This document shows, piece after piece, positions 20,079 to 31,279 of a DNA stretch of 64,000 bases. The number at the start of each line of letters is the position of its first letter. Position 1 is the stretch's first letter. The stretch lies in assembly GCA_965204345.1 (NCBI GenBank), contig OZ241981.1, positions 1,376,001-1,440,000 on the forward strand, written 5' to 3'. The position numbers and the translations under genes were made by a program. Below the pieces are notes generated by a model. That model saw nothing but the letters and a program-made list of their open reading frames with translations. It made no database searches and was not told the origin of the DNA. This DNA comes from Nitrosopumilus sp. Its GTDB lineage: Archaea > Thermoproteota > Nitrososphaeria > Nitrososphaerales > Nitrosopumilaceae.

Positions 20079-21254
20079 ATGTCTTCAATAATTGAAAAAC
20101 TTTTACATCTATTAAAAAGAAACCAAGATTTTTTTAATGTATCATTTGGACATATAATAAGTACTGGTTTAGCTGGACTATTCTTCTTTATTTTAGCTTA
20201 TATAATGGAAGTTGATTCTTATGGAGAACTAGGATTTTTATTTGCCATTGCTCTTCTTTCGACACAGGTTTCATTATTAGGGTTTGTTCCAACCAAAATT
20301 ATAAAAATTTCTAAAGGCGAGAATAAAATAAAATCCCTATCTAGCGTTGTTGTTTTACTATCTGGTATTATACTCGGAGCAATAATTGCCATATTATTAA
20401 ATAATATTTTTATCTTTTTTTTGGTAATTAGTCAGGCATTTTTTTTGTTATCAACTGCAGATTATCTTGGAGAAAAAAAATACAAAATATATGCCCAAGT
20501 GTTGATCGGTCAAAAAACTGTTCAACTCTTATTGGCAATTATCTTGTTTTATCTCCTTGATGTTAATGGAATCTTACTTGGAATTTCTATTGCAAGCATG
20601 ATTTTTGGAATCAAATCTTGTTCACATCTTTCAAGATTCTCTTTAGATATTTCTGAATTCAAAAAAATTTTTAGATTATTAATGCATAGTTATTCTTTAG
20701 AATTATCAAAAGCAGTTTTATTTTTTTCAGACAAAATAATTATTGCTCCTTTATTTGGATTTACTGTTTTAGGAATATACCAAATAGCTTCTCAATTTTT
20801 ATTGGCTTTATTGATTATCCCAACCATACTGTTTCACTATTTGTTATCTGAAGAAGCTTCGGGTAAAAATAAGGCAAAACTTAGAATTAAAGGAATCTTA
20901 ATATGTTTAGTTTTGGGCGTTATTATGTTTTTTACTCCTCCTGTTTTAATTCCAGAATTTTTACCCAATTTTGAAGAATCTATTTTACCTGCACAAATAA
21001 TGGCATTAGGGTTAATACCAATAACTGTCTCATATTCAATTAATTCGAAACTGCTATCTTCAGAAATGAGCAAACCTGTATTGATTTCCTCATTAATTTT
21101 TGTCTGTTCGGAATTTGTTTTACTATATTATTTTGGAAACATGTGGCAGGTTGTTGGATTGTCAATAGCATTGGTCATATCATCAAGCCTGCAGGCAATA
21201 TTTTTGCTCATCGTATATGTTATGATTTATAAAAAAACAAAAAAAGAGATCTGA
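20079..21254 (+). CDS. Wzx-like oligosaccharide flippase (MOP superfamily)
   Basis: About 12 TM helices, YGELGF, DKIIIAPLFG..LGIYQIA; ATG at 20079. Confidence 0.85.
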   Translation: MSSIIEKLLHLLKRNQDFFNVSFGHIISTGLAGLFFFILAYIMEVDSYGELGFLFAIALLSTQVSLLGFVPTKIIKISKGENKIKSLSSVVVLLSGIILGAIIAILLNNIFIFFLVISQAFFLLSTADYLGEKKYKIYAQVLIGQKTVQLLLAIILFYLLDVNGILLGISIASMIFGIKSCSHLSRFSLDISEFKKIFRLLMHSYSLELSKAVLFFSDKIIIAPLFGFTVLGIYQIASQFLLALLIIPTILFHYLLSEEASGKNKAKLRIKGILICLVLGVIMFFTPPVLIPEFLPNFEESILPAQIMALGLIPITVSYSINSKLLSSEMSKPVLISSLIFVCSEFVLLYYFGNMWQVVGLSIALVISSSLQAIFLLIVYVMIYKKTKKEI

Positions 21255-21269
21255 TAGGGTGAGAGATAG

Positions 21270-22022
21270 ATGGCCTATACTAAAATAATGTCTTGTTTTG
21301 TGATGGTCTGGTTTGTTGTCGTTGTTATTAGCATTATTGTTGTTCAACCCAGTTATGCGAATCTTCAAGATAATCTGATAGGAGGCAGTGATTTTGAAAA
21401 GTTAAAAATTCTTGAATATGACAAGAATCGCTTTGGCCTGTTTGGCTCTGATCAGTTAAAATGGATCATAAACTGGAATGGTGAGAGTTGGCAAGAGGAA
21501 ACCCTGTTTGTTCAAGCAAGTAGCACTGCGTCCAAAATAACGTTTCTTGCCAGTGGAACTGACCGTCTTCATTTGGATGATATTGCACTGTCAAAAACAT
21601 CGCTTGGGAAAAATTCAAACGAGTTTGCATTGGATTTAATTCCTCAAAAAAGAGCTATTACAAACGAGCAAGATGCGCCGTTTCTGCTTGAGATAAACCC
21701 GATCTCTTTGGATTCCACCTCTGCTGCTGCCACTCCCATGATACAACTAGACGTTGTTTATGATCAAAATGATTTCAAAGAAATATCCGTAAATCCCGAC
21801 AGCGGGATTCCCCCATTCAAATCAGTCATTTTGGTCCATCCAGCACAAACTTCTGGAATAAAAAACTTCACCATACTTTCGCAGGATAGTCTTGATAATA
21901 ATGTACAGGTTGTGGGAACCGTTGAAATACAAGAACCAAAAAACACATTTCTCTGGAATTTAATCATTGGCATACTGACAATTTTATTGGCATTGGGACT
22001 GTTCAAAGTAATCAAGAAATAA
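21270..22022 (+). CDS. Secreted protein with C-terminal membrane anchor
   Basis: Signal peptide, beta-rich body, C-terminal TM plus KK. Confidence 0.7.
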   Translation: MAYTKIMSCFVMVWFVVVVISIIVVQPSYANLQDNLIGGSDFEKLKILEYDKNRFGLFGSDQLKWIINWNGESWQEETLFVQASSTASKITFLASGTDRLHLDDIALSKTSLGKNSNEFALDLIPQKRAITNEQDAPFLLEINPISLDSTSAAATPMIQLDVVYDQNDFKEISVNPDSGIPPFKSVILVHPAQTSGIKNFTILSQDSLDNNVQVVGTVEIQEPKNTFLWNLIIGILTILLALGLFKVIKK

Positions 22023-22055
22023 AAATTCTTCTGTATTGGCAGCGCGTACTGCTGT

Positions 22056-24749
22056 CTATGTTTTCACTTTGAATAAGGCAGCTTCACCTTCTCTAATGAC
22101 TAATTGCAATTGAGGATTATCCTCAAAGAGGGCTATTCGTTCAGAAGTACTTATGTGAAGAGCTGGAAATACTGGTAGAAGATGCTGTCGTGCCGCTTGT
22201 TGTCTGTTTTGGGGATCACCGCCAGTAATTAACACATATTCAATACCATACTTGTCCAATATTTCCATCATTTTCATGTCTCCGGGATGGTGTAATACAA
22301 GGTTAGCCTCATATGCTCTCTCTTTTAGAAATGTATCATCTGGCACAACATTGGTGCTTATTCTTTTCCACATTTCTCTGTTATTAGTTATATCAAATAT
22401 CTTTATTGATGAAAGCCACATTCCTTCAGTAGTTCTATCCTCAAGGATGGTTGTATTTGAATCAAGATTGTCATTCATCCAACCCATAACTTTTAATTCA
22501 TTGCTTGTAGGTAAATATCCTAGCAAACCATCTTTATACTCGTATGAAATATGAGTATCAAGACTTGGAATTAGTGCAATAAAAACCAACGAGCAAATCA
22601 CTATGGACAAGACTGATTTTGAACGTAATGAAATTTCGCGTTTGTTAAACCTAGTTGCAAGTTTATCAAAAATATCAACCCCTGCTAAAATTATTCCTAT
22701 TTGAGAGATGATAGCTCCTAGTAAAACAAGTCTGTCAGGATACATAAACCAGAAAAGATTCTCATAAATTACTTTATTTGATATTGTTCCAAACACTAGG
22801 GAAAACATTACAATCAAAAATAAACTAAACTCTCGATTGGATTTAAACAACCAAGTTGCAGAAAGAACCCCCCCTAGTAATAAAATAAAATAAGGAAAAT
22901 ATATAGAATCTATGTTGTATATGTCCATCTCCTCTAGAAAGATCCACCAAAAGTCGACCCTAGCACCATGTTCCTGAATCAATTCATCTGCAAAATAAAC
23001 CAGTGATGCGCCTGATGTTACTACCAAAATAATTAACGCCAATCGTAAAGAAGTAAGCATATAGTTTTTTATCTTAAATTTCCCGACTCGCAGTCCATTT
23101 GTTTTGGAGTTTATGGGGGATTTTAAGAGTATTAATTTAATAATTATAAACAAAACAAAGGGAACGATCATGATAGTATATGTGATAAATATTACAACTG
23201 ACAATAGCGAATAAATAATAAAATTAGAATTATTTTTATTATTAATAACTATGCTGATAAAAAGCAAAAGTATGCAAGTAAATGTAGCAAATACAAAAGT
23301 GCCCCCTTCTAATGGAGTAAGTAGTACATCATCAAATAGTATAAAATAACCTACTTCATTTCCTGGAATAAAAAACAATGCTCCAAATGCAATGCTTGCC
23401 AAGTAATACGATTTGGTTTTTTTGTATATTATTGAAAAACAGATGGGCGGCAAGAGTGCAACAATTGTTGCTGTGACGGCATATTGGGATATTGGCAGCA
23501 TGACGTTTGTAATCAAAGAAAAAAATGCAGTCAAAGCATGAAATCCCTGAGGATAAACTGTCATTCCATATGGCAAATCAAAAAATGGCCAATTATTGTT
23601 AAACACACTCGTATGATACATTATAAATTGCGAAGCGTGACCATGGTATTGCGGATCATGAATCGGCGGCCAGCTCATATTTTCTGCAATTATAAAAAAG
23701 TGAGTCAGTGACAGAATTATGAGTATGCCTGCAATCAGATTTGGAAGAACTTTTTCATTTTTAATTTCAGACAGAATTTTAGCTCTGTCTCTGAAAATCA
23801 AGTAAGAGCCAACCATCATAAACGAAAAGAAGGCTGTCAGAACAGTAGTCTGTGTAAAGTGAAGCATTGCCAGAAAAATCGCCAAAAGAATCAGCAATAC
23901 CAAGCCAAAGGCAGAGTACAGGGAAAAATTAATTACAAATCCAAAATTCAGCTTGTATCGGATAATTTTTAATAGAAAATACCCCATAATAACTGAAGAC
24001 GACAAATAAACAATCATGGATGTCAGTATCTCGTTTTTAAAATTCGACCTGTCTGAACCTATTTTGCTGTCAAATAATCCAGGCACTACCTCTGCATTTG
24101 CAATGTTCAGGCGCTGTGCTAGCTGTGCGTGATATTCTACATCAAATAATCCAGGCACTACCTCTGCATCTGTAATGAGCGTGGTCTGGGAATAAGAGTC
24201 CCCTCCGTTTACAAATGTAATTCTAAGAGACTTGACATTGCCAGGATCAAAGCCAGGTTTATTTTGAACGTAATTGGAGGGATCTACAATAACTTTTGCC
24301 CAAGTGCCATCTTCTAAACCAAACCACTGTGGCAAATTCCAAAAAGGACGCTGTATATCATTTGCATCAACCATGATCAAAAATGCATTAGCCCTCCATG
24401 CTTCAGGAGTACTTTTATTTATTCCAGCCACATTTTCAAGATTCATCCAAAATCGTAATCCTTGGCCCGTAGACAGATCCACAGGCTTGGAAAAACGGCA
24501 CTCAAGAACTGCTGTTTCTGTGGCATCACTGCTGGAAAAATAACTATAGGTAAAATCGCTATCATCATCATCATCATCACTATTCATATTCAGAGATTTG
24601 TCCAAAAAACTAGACTCTGAATCCCACGTACATTTATTCTCACTGTCAGACTCGAAAACATAAAAATCATGAAGATTTTCGGCAAATACAATTGATGGCA
24701 ACGCACATAATACCAACAAAACAAGTGCTATCCCACTAACAAGAAACAA
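22056..24749 (-). CDS. Multi-TM GT-C-like glycosyltransferase with N-terminal carbohydrate-binding-like domain, copy 1 (carries a 24-aa insertion)
   Basis: WPPxxDPQYH and YPQGFH loop motifs, more than 12 TM helices, C-terminal W..NLDSNTTIL-D / LDKYGIEYVL domain. Confidence 0.7.
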   Translation of the reverse strand: MFLVSGIALVLLVLCALPSIVFAENLHDFYVFESDSENKCTWDSESSFLDKSLNMNSDDDDDDSDFTYSYFSSSDATETAVLECRFSKPVDLSTGQGLRFWMNLENVAGINKSTPEAWRANAFLIMVDANDIQRPFWNLPQWFGLEDGTWAKVIVDPSNYVQNKPGFDPGNVKSLRITFVNGGDSYSQTTLITDAEVVPGLFDVEYHAQLAQRLNIANAEVVPGLFDSKIGSDRSNFKNEILTSMIVYLSSSVIMGYFLLKIIRYKLNFGFVINFSLYSAFGLVLLILLAIFLAMLHFTQTTVLTAFFSFMMVGSYLIFRDRAKILSEIKNEKVLPNLIAGILIILSLTHFFIIAENMSWPPIHDPQYHGHASQFIMYHTSVFNNNWPFFDLPYGMTVYPQGFHALTAFFSLITNVMLPISQYAVTATIVALLPPICFSIIYKKTKSYYLASIAFGALFFIPGNEVGYFILFDDVLLTPLEGGTFVFATFTCILLLFISIVINNKNNSNFIIYSLLSVVIFITYTIMIVPFVLFIIIKLILLKSPINSKTNGLRVGKFKIKNYMLTSLRLALIILVVTSGASLVYFADELIQEHGARVDFWWIFLEEMDIYNIDSIYFPYFILLLGGVLSATWLFKSNREFSLFLIVMFSLVFGTISNKVIYENLFWFMYPDRLVLLGAIISQIGIILAGVDIFDKLATRFNKREISLRSKSVLSIVICSLVFIALIPSLDTHISYEYKDGLLGYLPTSNELKVMGWMNDNLDSNTTILEDRTTEGMWLSSIKIFDITNNREMWKRISTNVVPDDTFLKERAYEANLVLHHPGDMKMMEILDKYGIEYVLITGGDPQNRQQAARQHLLPVFPALHISTSERIALFEDNPQLQLVIREGEAALFKVKT

Positions 24750-24799
24750 CAGATTCTAAAATTTTCTTGTTTATTTACTTTTTTGTTATGAGGTTCTGT

Positions 24800-25843
24800 T
24801 CTATTGTACGAAAATTATGTCCGCCTAAGCTCAGGCTTCAGACAAGGGATTATTACCGCATATACCGATCACGAATAATGAAGAGAACCAGACTAAAAGG
24901 AGATCAGACCAGATACATCATACGGCAGCATCAAAAGGGCACAGCTGCAGCAGTCTGGCCCAGACCATGCAGGTCAGCGCAAGACACGTCAGACGCATAT
25001 GGGCAGCCTACCGCAAGACCGGAAGAATACTCCCCCACAGAAAGGCAGAAAGACCCAGAAAGATACCATCACCTGAGGATGTACGTCGTGTTCTTAAGAC
25101 ATATGATGATATTCATGCAGTAGTGCGCACGACTCGCCACCTCAGAAAGTCATCTCATATAAGCTACCATACGGTATACCAAATAATGAAATCCAACGGA
25201 CTGGCCAGACTGTCTCCTGAAAAATCCAAGAAGAGGAAATACGTCAGATACGAGCGACTGTATTCCAATGCAATGTGGCATGTGGACTGGCCAAAATGAA
25301 GGATCCACGCCTGAAAGGACTGCAACTTGTGGCATATCTGGATGATGCATCAAGATGCATAACGGGATTCGAGATATTTGAGTGCCACAAGCCAGAACAC
25401 TGTAGCCGTTTTGCGCAAGGCTATCAAGTCATTTGGCACGCCAGGCCAGATACTTTCAGACAATGGAGCCTAGTTCACATCCCGGAACCGCGGTGTACCT
25501 GCCAAGGGATGGAAGCCCACCAACCCTGTTTGAGTCAGAAGCCCTGGAGAGGTGTATTGTCCTGATTGACTCGCGCTCTCACCACCACCACCCGCAGACC
25601 AACGGCAAGATTGAAAGATTCTTCAAGACACTTGAGGATGAGATTGTACACTTTAAGACGATGGAGGAGTTCATCGACTTTTACAATGAGGATAGGCTGC
25701 ATTTTTCTCTGGACATAGAGAACTGCCAGATGCTCCTGATGGCATTTAAGGCCAAAAAGGTTCCTGATGCGATCAGGAAAAACAACCAAAAATGGATGGA
25801 GGCAGATATGAATGACTAGCGGACATAATTATCATATAATACA
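24800..25843 (+). mobile_element. IS481-family element, variant A copy 1, frameshifted transposase
   Basis: 24-bp imperfect TIRs TCTATTGTACGAAAATTATGTCCG / TGTATTATATGATAATTATGTCCG; fragments WHVD, LDDASR, SDNG, PQTNGKIERF. Confidence 0.9.
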
Positions 25844-26058
25844 GCCTTCCTCCTCCTCCTCTTTATCTTTATCATCATCGTCTTTATCATGCCTACCTCT
25901 TGAGTCTCGCGTAAAAACTATCACCTTGTGTTTCTCTGCGAGTCTGCCATCTGCTTTTTTTCCAATAATGCAGTCTGCCCTTGTTCCGATTATTTTTCCA
26001 TCTCTGGGAGTCTGCCAGCTAATTCTTTTCCAATAAAGCTGGTGCTGCCCCCAATTAT
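25844..26058 (-). pseudogene. 5' fragment of the NAD-dependent epimerase gene at 58817-59851, trapped between two inverted IS copies
   Basis: Close match to about 59715-59840, plus a 68-bp duplication-insertion. Confidence 0.85.
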
Positions 26059-27102
26059 TGTATTATATGATAATTATGTCCGCTAGTCATTCATATCTGC
26101 CTCCATCCATTTTTGGTTGTTTTTCCTGATCGCATCAGGAACCTTTTTGGCCTTAAATGCCATCAGGAGCATCTGGCAGTTCTCTATGTCCAGAGAAAAA
26201 TGCAGCCTATCCTCATTGTAAAAGTCGATGAACTCCTCCATCGTCTTAAAGTGTACAATCTCATCCTCAAGTGTCTTGAAGAATCTTTCAATCTTGCCGT
26301 TGGTCTGCGGGTGGTGGTGGTGAGAGCGCGAGTCAATCAGGACAATACACCTCTCCAGGGCTTCTGACTCAAACAGGGTTGGTGGGCTTCCATCCCTTGG
26401 CAGGTACACCGCGGTTCCGGGATGTGAACTAGGCTCCATTGTCTGAAAGTATCTGGCCTGGCGTGCCAAATGACTTGATAGCCTTGCGCAAAACGGCTAC
26501 AGTGTTCTGGCTTGTGGCACTCAAATATCTCGAATCCCGTTATGCATCTTGATGCATCATCCAGATATGCCACAAGTTGCAGTCCTTTCAGGCGTGGATC
26601 CTTCATTTTGGCCAGTCCACATGCCACATTGCATTGGAATACAGTCGCTCGTATCTGACGTATTTCCTCTTCTTGGATTTTTCAGGAGACAGTCTGGCCA
26701 GTCCGTTGGATTTCATTATTTGGTATACCGTATGGTAGCTTATATGAGATGACTTTCTGAGGTGGCGAGTCGTGCGCACTACTGCATGAATATCATCATA
26801 TGTCTTAAGAACACGACGTACATCCTCAGGTGATGGTATCTTTCTGGGTCTTTCTGCCTTTCTGTGGGGGAGTATTCTTCCGGTCTTGCGGTAGGCTGCC
26901 CATATGCGTCTGACGTGTCTTGCGCTGACCTGCATGGTCTGGGCCAGACTGCTGCAGCTGTGCCCTTTTGATGCTGCCGTATGATGTATCTGGTCTGATC
27001 TCCTTTTAGTCTGGTTCTCTTCATTATTCGTGATCGGTATATGCGGTAATAATCCCTTGTCTGAAGCCTGAGCTTAGGCGGACATAATTTTCGTACAATA
27101 GA
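26059..27102 (-). mobile_element. IS481-family element, variant A copy 2 (mirror of copy 1)
   Basis: Identical ORF translations on the opposite strand; same TIRs; mirror coordinate sum 51902. Confidence 0.9.
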
Positions 27103-27152
27103 ACAGAACCTCATAACAAAAAAGTAAATAAACAAGAAAATTTTAGAATCTG

Positions 27153-29771
27153 TTGTTTCTTGTTAGTGGGATAGCACTTGTTTTGTTGGTATTATGTGCG
27201 TTGCCATCAATTGTATTTGCCGAAAATCTTCATGATTTTTATGTTTTCGAGTCTGACAGTGAGAATAAATGTACGTGGGATTCAGAGTCTAGTTTTTTGG
27301 ACAAATCTCTGAATATGAATAGTGATGATGATGATGATGATAGCGATTTTACCTATAGTTATTTTTCCAGCAGTGATGCCACAGAAACAGCAGTTCTTGA
27401 GTGCCGTTTTTCCAAGCCTGTGGATCTGTCTACGGGCCAAGGATTACGATTTTGGATGAATCTTGAAAATGTGGCTGGAATAAATAAAAGTACTCCTGAA
27501 GCATGGAGGGCTAATGCATTTTTGATCATGGTTGATGCAAATGATATACAGCGTCTTTTTTGGAATTTGCCACAGTGGTTTGGTTTAGAAGATGGCACTT
27601 GGGCAAAAGTTATTGTAGATCCCTCCAATTACGTTCAAAATAAACCTGGCTTTGATCCTGGCAATGTCAAGTCTCTTAGAATTATATTTGTAAACGGAGG
27701 GGACTCTTATTCCCAGACCACGCTCATTACAGATGCAGAGGTAGTGCCTGAATTATTTGACAGCAAAATAGGTTCAGACAGGTCGAATTTTAAAAACGAG
27801 ATACTGACATCCATGATTGTTTATTTGTCGTCTTCAGTTATTATGGGGTATTTTCTATTAAAAATTATCCGATACAAGCTGAATTTTGGATTTGTAATTA
27901 ATTTTTCCCTGTACTCTGCCTTTGGCTTGGTATTGCTGATTCTTTTGGCGATTTTTCTGGCAATGCTTCACTTTACACAGACTACTGTTCTGACAGCCTT
28001 CTTTTCGTTTATGATGGTTGGCTCTTACTTGATTTTCAGAGACAGAGCTAAAATTCTGTCTGAAATTAAAAATGAAAAAGTTCTTCCAAATCTGATTGCA
28101 GGCATACTCATAATTCTGTCACTGACTCACTTTTTTATAATTGCAGAAAATATGAGCTGGCCGCCTGTTTTTGATCCGCAATACCATGGTCACGCTTCGC
28201 AATTTATAATGTATCATACGAGTGTGTTTAACAATAATTGGCCATTTTTTGATTTGCCATATGGAATGACAGTTTATCCTCAGGGATTTCATGCTTTGAC
28301 TGCATTTTTTTCTTTGATTACAAACGTCATGCTGCCAATATCCCAATATGCCGTCACAGCAACAATTGTTGCACTCTTGCCGCCCATCTGTTTTTCAATA
28401 ATATACAAAAAAACCAAATCGTATTACTTGGCAAGCATTGCATTTGGAGCATTGTTTTTTATTCCAGGAAATGAAGTAGGTTATTTTGTAATTTCTCATG
28501 ATGTACTACTTACTCCATTATCTACAGGAACTTTTGTATTTGCTACATTTACTTGCATACTTTTGCTTTTTATCAGCATAGTTATTAATAATAAAAATAA
28601 TTCTAATTTTATTATTTATTCGCTATTGTCAGTTGTAATATTTATCACATATACTATCATGATCGTTCCCTTTGTTTTGTTTATAATTATTAAATTAATA
28701 CTCTTAAAATCCCCCATAAACTCCAAAACAAATGGACTGCGAGTCGGGAAATTTAAGATAAAAAACTATATGCTTATTTTACGATTGGCGTTAATTATTT
28801 TGGTAGTAACATCAGGCGCATCACTGGTTTATTTTGCAGATGAATTGCAGAAGATAAATAATATTCCGATCACCACTTACTGGCTATTATTTGAGAATAT
28901 GGACATATACAACATAGATTCTATATATTTTCCTTATTTTATTTTATTACTAGGGGGGGTTCTTTCTGCAACTTGGTTGTTTAAATCCAATCGAGAGTTT
29001 AGTTTATTTTTGATTGTAATGTTTTCCCTAGTGTTTGGAACAATATCAAATAAAGTAATTTATGAGAATCTTTTCTGGTTTATGTATCCTGACAGACTTG
29101 TTTTACTAGGAGCTATCATCTCTCAAATAGGAATAATTTTAGCAGGGGTTGATATTTTTGATAAACTTGCAACTAGGTTTAACAAACGCGAAATTTCATT
29201 ACGTTCAAAATCAGTCTTGTCCATAGCGATTTGCTCGTTGGTTTTTATTGCACTAACTCCAAGTCTTGATACTCATATTTCATACGAGTATGACGATGAT
29301 TTGCTAGGATATTTACCTACAAGCAATGAATTAAAAGTTATGGGTTGGATGAATGACAATCTTGATTCAAATACAACCATCCTTCAGGATAGAACTGGTG
29401 AAGGAATGTGGCTTTCATCAATAAAGATATTTGATATAACTAATAACAGAGAAATGTGGAGAAGAATACACAGTAGTGTTGTGTTAGATGATACATTTCT
29501 AAAAGAGAGAGCATATGAGGCTAACCTTGTATTACACCATCCCGGAGACATGAAAATGATGGAAATATTGGACAAGTATGGTATTGAATATGTGTTGATT
29601 ACTGGCGGTAATCCGAAAGACAGACAACGATCGGATGCGTACCCGCTTCTACCAGTATTTCCAGCTCTTCACATAAGTACTTCTGAACGAATAGCCCTCT
29701 TTGAGGATAATCCTCAATTGCAATTAGTCATTAGAGAAGGTGAAGCTGCCTTATTCAAAGTGAAAACATAG
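27153..29771 (+). CDS. GT-C-like membrane glycosyltransferase, copy 2
   Basis: Near-identical to copy 1 except for short divergent loop patches. Confidence 0.7.
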   Translation: MFLVSGIALVLLVLCALPSIVFAENLHDFYVFESDSENKCTWDSESSFLDKSLNMNSDDDDDDSDFTYSYFSSSDATETAVLECRFSKPVDLSTGQGLRFWMNLENVAGINKSTPEAWRANAFLIMVDANDIQRLFWNLPQWFGLEDGTWAKVIVDPSNYVQNKPGFDPGNVKSLRIIFVNGGDSYSQTTLITDAEVVPELFDSKIGSDRSNFKNEILTSMIVYLSSSVIMGYFLLKIIRYKLNFGFVINFSLYSAFGLVLLILLAIFLAMLHFTQTTVLTAFFSFMMVGSYLIFRDRAKILSEIKNEKVLPNLIAGILIILSLTHFFIIAENMSWPPVFDPQYHGHASQFIMYHTSVFNNNWPFFDLPYGMTVYPQGFHALTAFFSLITNVMLPISQYAVTATIVALLPPICFSIIYKKTKSYYLASIAFGALFFIPGNEVGYFVISHDVLLTPLSTGTFVFATFTCILLLFISIVINNKNNSNFIIYSLLSVVIFITYTIMIVPFVLFIIIKLILLKSPINSKTNGLRVGKFKIKNYMLILRLALIILVVTSGASLVYFADELQKINNIPITTYWLLFENMDIYNIDSIYFPYFILLLGGVLSATWLFKSNREFSLFLIVMFSLVFGTISNKVIYENLFWFMYPDRLVLLGAIISQIGIILAGVDIFDKLATRFNKREISLRSKSVLSIAICSLVFIALTPSLDTHISYEYDDDLLGYLPTSNELKVMGWMNDNLDSNTTILQDRTGEGMWLSSIKIFDITNNREMWRRIHSSVVLDDTFLKERAYEANLVLHHPGDMKMMEILDKYGIEYVLITGGNPKDRQRSDAYPLLPVFPALHISTSERIALFEDNPQLQLVIREGEAALFKVKT

Positions 29772-29869
29772 ACACAGCAGTAAATGAAATGTAATGTATG
29801 ATGCGTGGTCAAAATGCTCTGAAAGATTTATTCAGTGAAAACATAGACAGCAGTACGCGCTGCCAATAA

Positions 29870-31171
29870 TGTATTATATGAAAATCATATCCGCTAGTCA
29901 TTCATGTCTGCCTCCATCCATTTTTGGTTGCTTTTTCTGATCGCATCAGGAACCTTTTTGGCCTTAAATGCCATCAGAGGCACCTGGCAGTTCTCTATGT
30001 CCAGAGAAAAATGCAGTCTATCCTTATTGTAAAAATCGATGAACTCCCCCATCGTCTTAAAGTGTACAATCTCATCCTCAAGTGTCCTGAAGAATCTCTC
30101 AATCTTGCCGTTGGCCTGCGGGTGGTGGTGGTGGTGGTGGTGGTGGTGGTGGTGGTGGTGGTGGTGGTGGTGGTGGTGGTGGTGGTGGTGGTGGTGGTGG
30201 TGGTGGTGGTGGTGGTGGTGGTGGTGGTGGTGGTGGTGGTGGTGGTGGTGGTGGTGGTGGTGGTGGTGGTGGTGGTGGTGGTGGTGGTGGTGGTGGTGGT
30301 GGTGGTGGTGGTGGTGGGAGCGTGAGTCAATCAGGGCAATACTCCTCTCCAGAGCTTCTTCCTCAAACATGGTGAGCCTCTATCCCTTGGCAGGTATACC
30401 GCGGTTTCGGGATGTGAACTGGGCGCCGTTGTCTGAAAGTATCTGGCCTGGCGTGCCAAATGACTTGATAGTCTTGCGCAAAACGGCTACAGTGTTCTGG
30501 CTTGTGGCACTATCAAATATCCCGAATCCCGTTATGCATCTTGATGCATCATCCAGATATGCCACAAGTTGCAATCCTTTTAGGCGTGGATCCTTCATTT
30601 TGGCCAGTCCATATCCCACATTGCATTGGAATACAGTCACTCGTATCTGACGTACTTTCTCTTCTTGGATTTTTCAGGAGACAGCTTAACTAGTCCATTG
30701 GATTTCATTATTTGGTAATGCTGTATGGTATCTTATATGAGATGACTTTCTGAGGTGGCGAGCTGTGTGCACTACTGCATGAATATCATCATATGTCTTA
30801 AGAACACGACGTTTAAGTGGTGACGGCATCGTCTAGGGCTTCGAGCCTGCATGAATATCATCATATGTCTTAAGAACACGACGTACATCCTCAGGTGATG
30901 GTATCTTTCTGGGTCTTTCTGCCTTTCTGTGGGGGAGTATTCTTCCGGTCTTGCGGTAGGCTGCCCATATGCGTCTGACGTGTCTTGCGCTGACCTGCAT
31001 GGTCTGGGCCAGAACAGATGCTGCACCTGTGCCCTTTTGATGCTGCCGTATGATGTATCTAATCTGAACTTCTTTTAGTCTGGTTCTCTTCATTATTCGT
31101 GATCTGTATATGCGGTAATAATCCCTTGCCTGAAGCCTGAGCTTAGGCGGACATAATTTTCGTACAATAGA
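29870..31171 (-). mobile_element. IS481-family element, variant B copy 1, pseudogenised, with (CAC)65 expansion
   Basis: TIRs at 29870 and 31171; transposase fragments; 72-bp duplication-insertion at 30775-30884. Confidence 0.9.
30121..30315. repeat. (GGT)65 microsatellite
   Basis: 195 bp of perfect trinucleotide repeat. Confidence 0.95.
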
Positions 31172-31279
31172 TTTGCGAAACCAGATGAAAGACTAAAAAC
31201 GTTAAAACTGGATGATGATGATCCTGCTCATGCAAGAGATGTTAATTAATATGAAGTATTTTCAGCAGTACTAACACAC

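Larger units (their letters stand above)
22034..29868. repeat. Inverted repeat IR1: arms about 22034-25843 and 26059-29868, each GT-C gene plus IS481; 215-bp centre
   Basis: Mirror ORFs; coordinate sum 51902 near the centre. Confidence 0.95.

Noticed and set aside
24767-25123. Programmed frameshifting producing an active IS481 transposase
   Set aside because: Multiple different frameshifts and stops among the copies indicate decay
29894-30650. Poly-His, poly-Thr, poly-Val and poly-Trp ORFs as real proteins
   Set aside because: They are reading frames of the (GGT)65 tract inside a broken transposase
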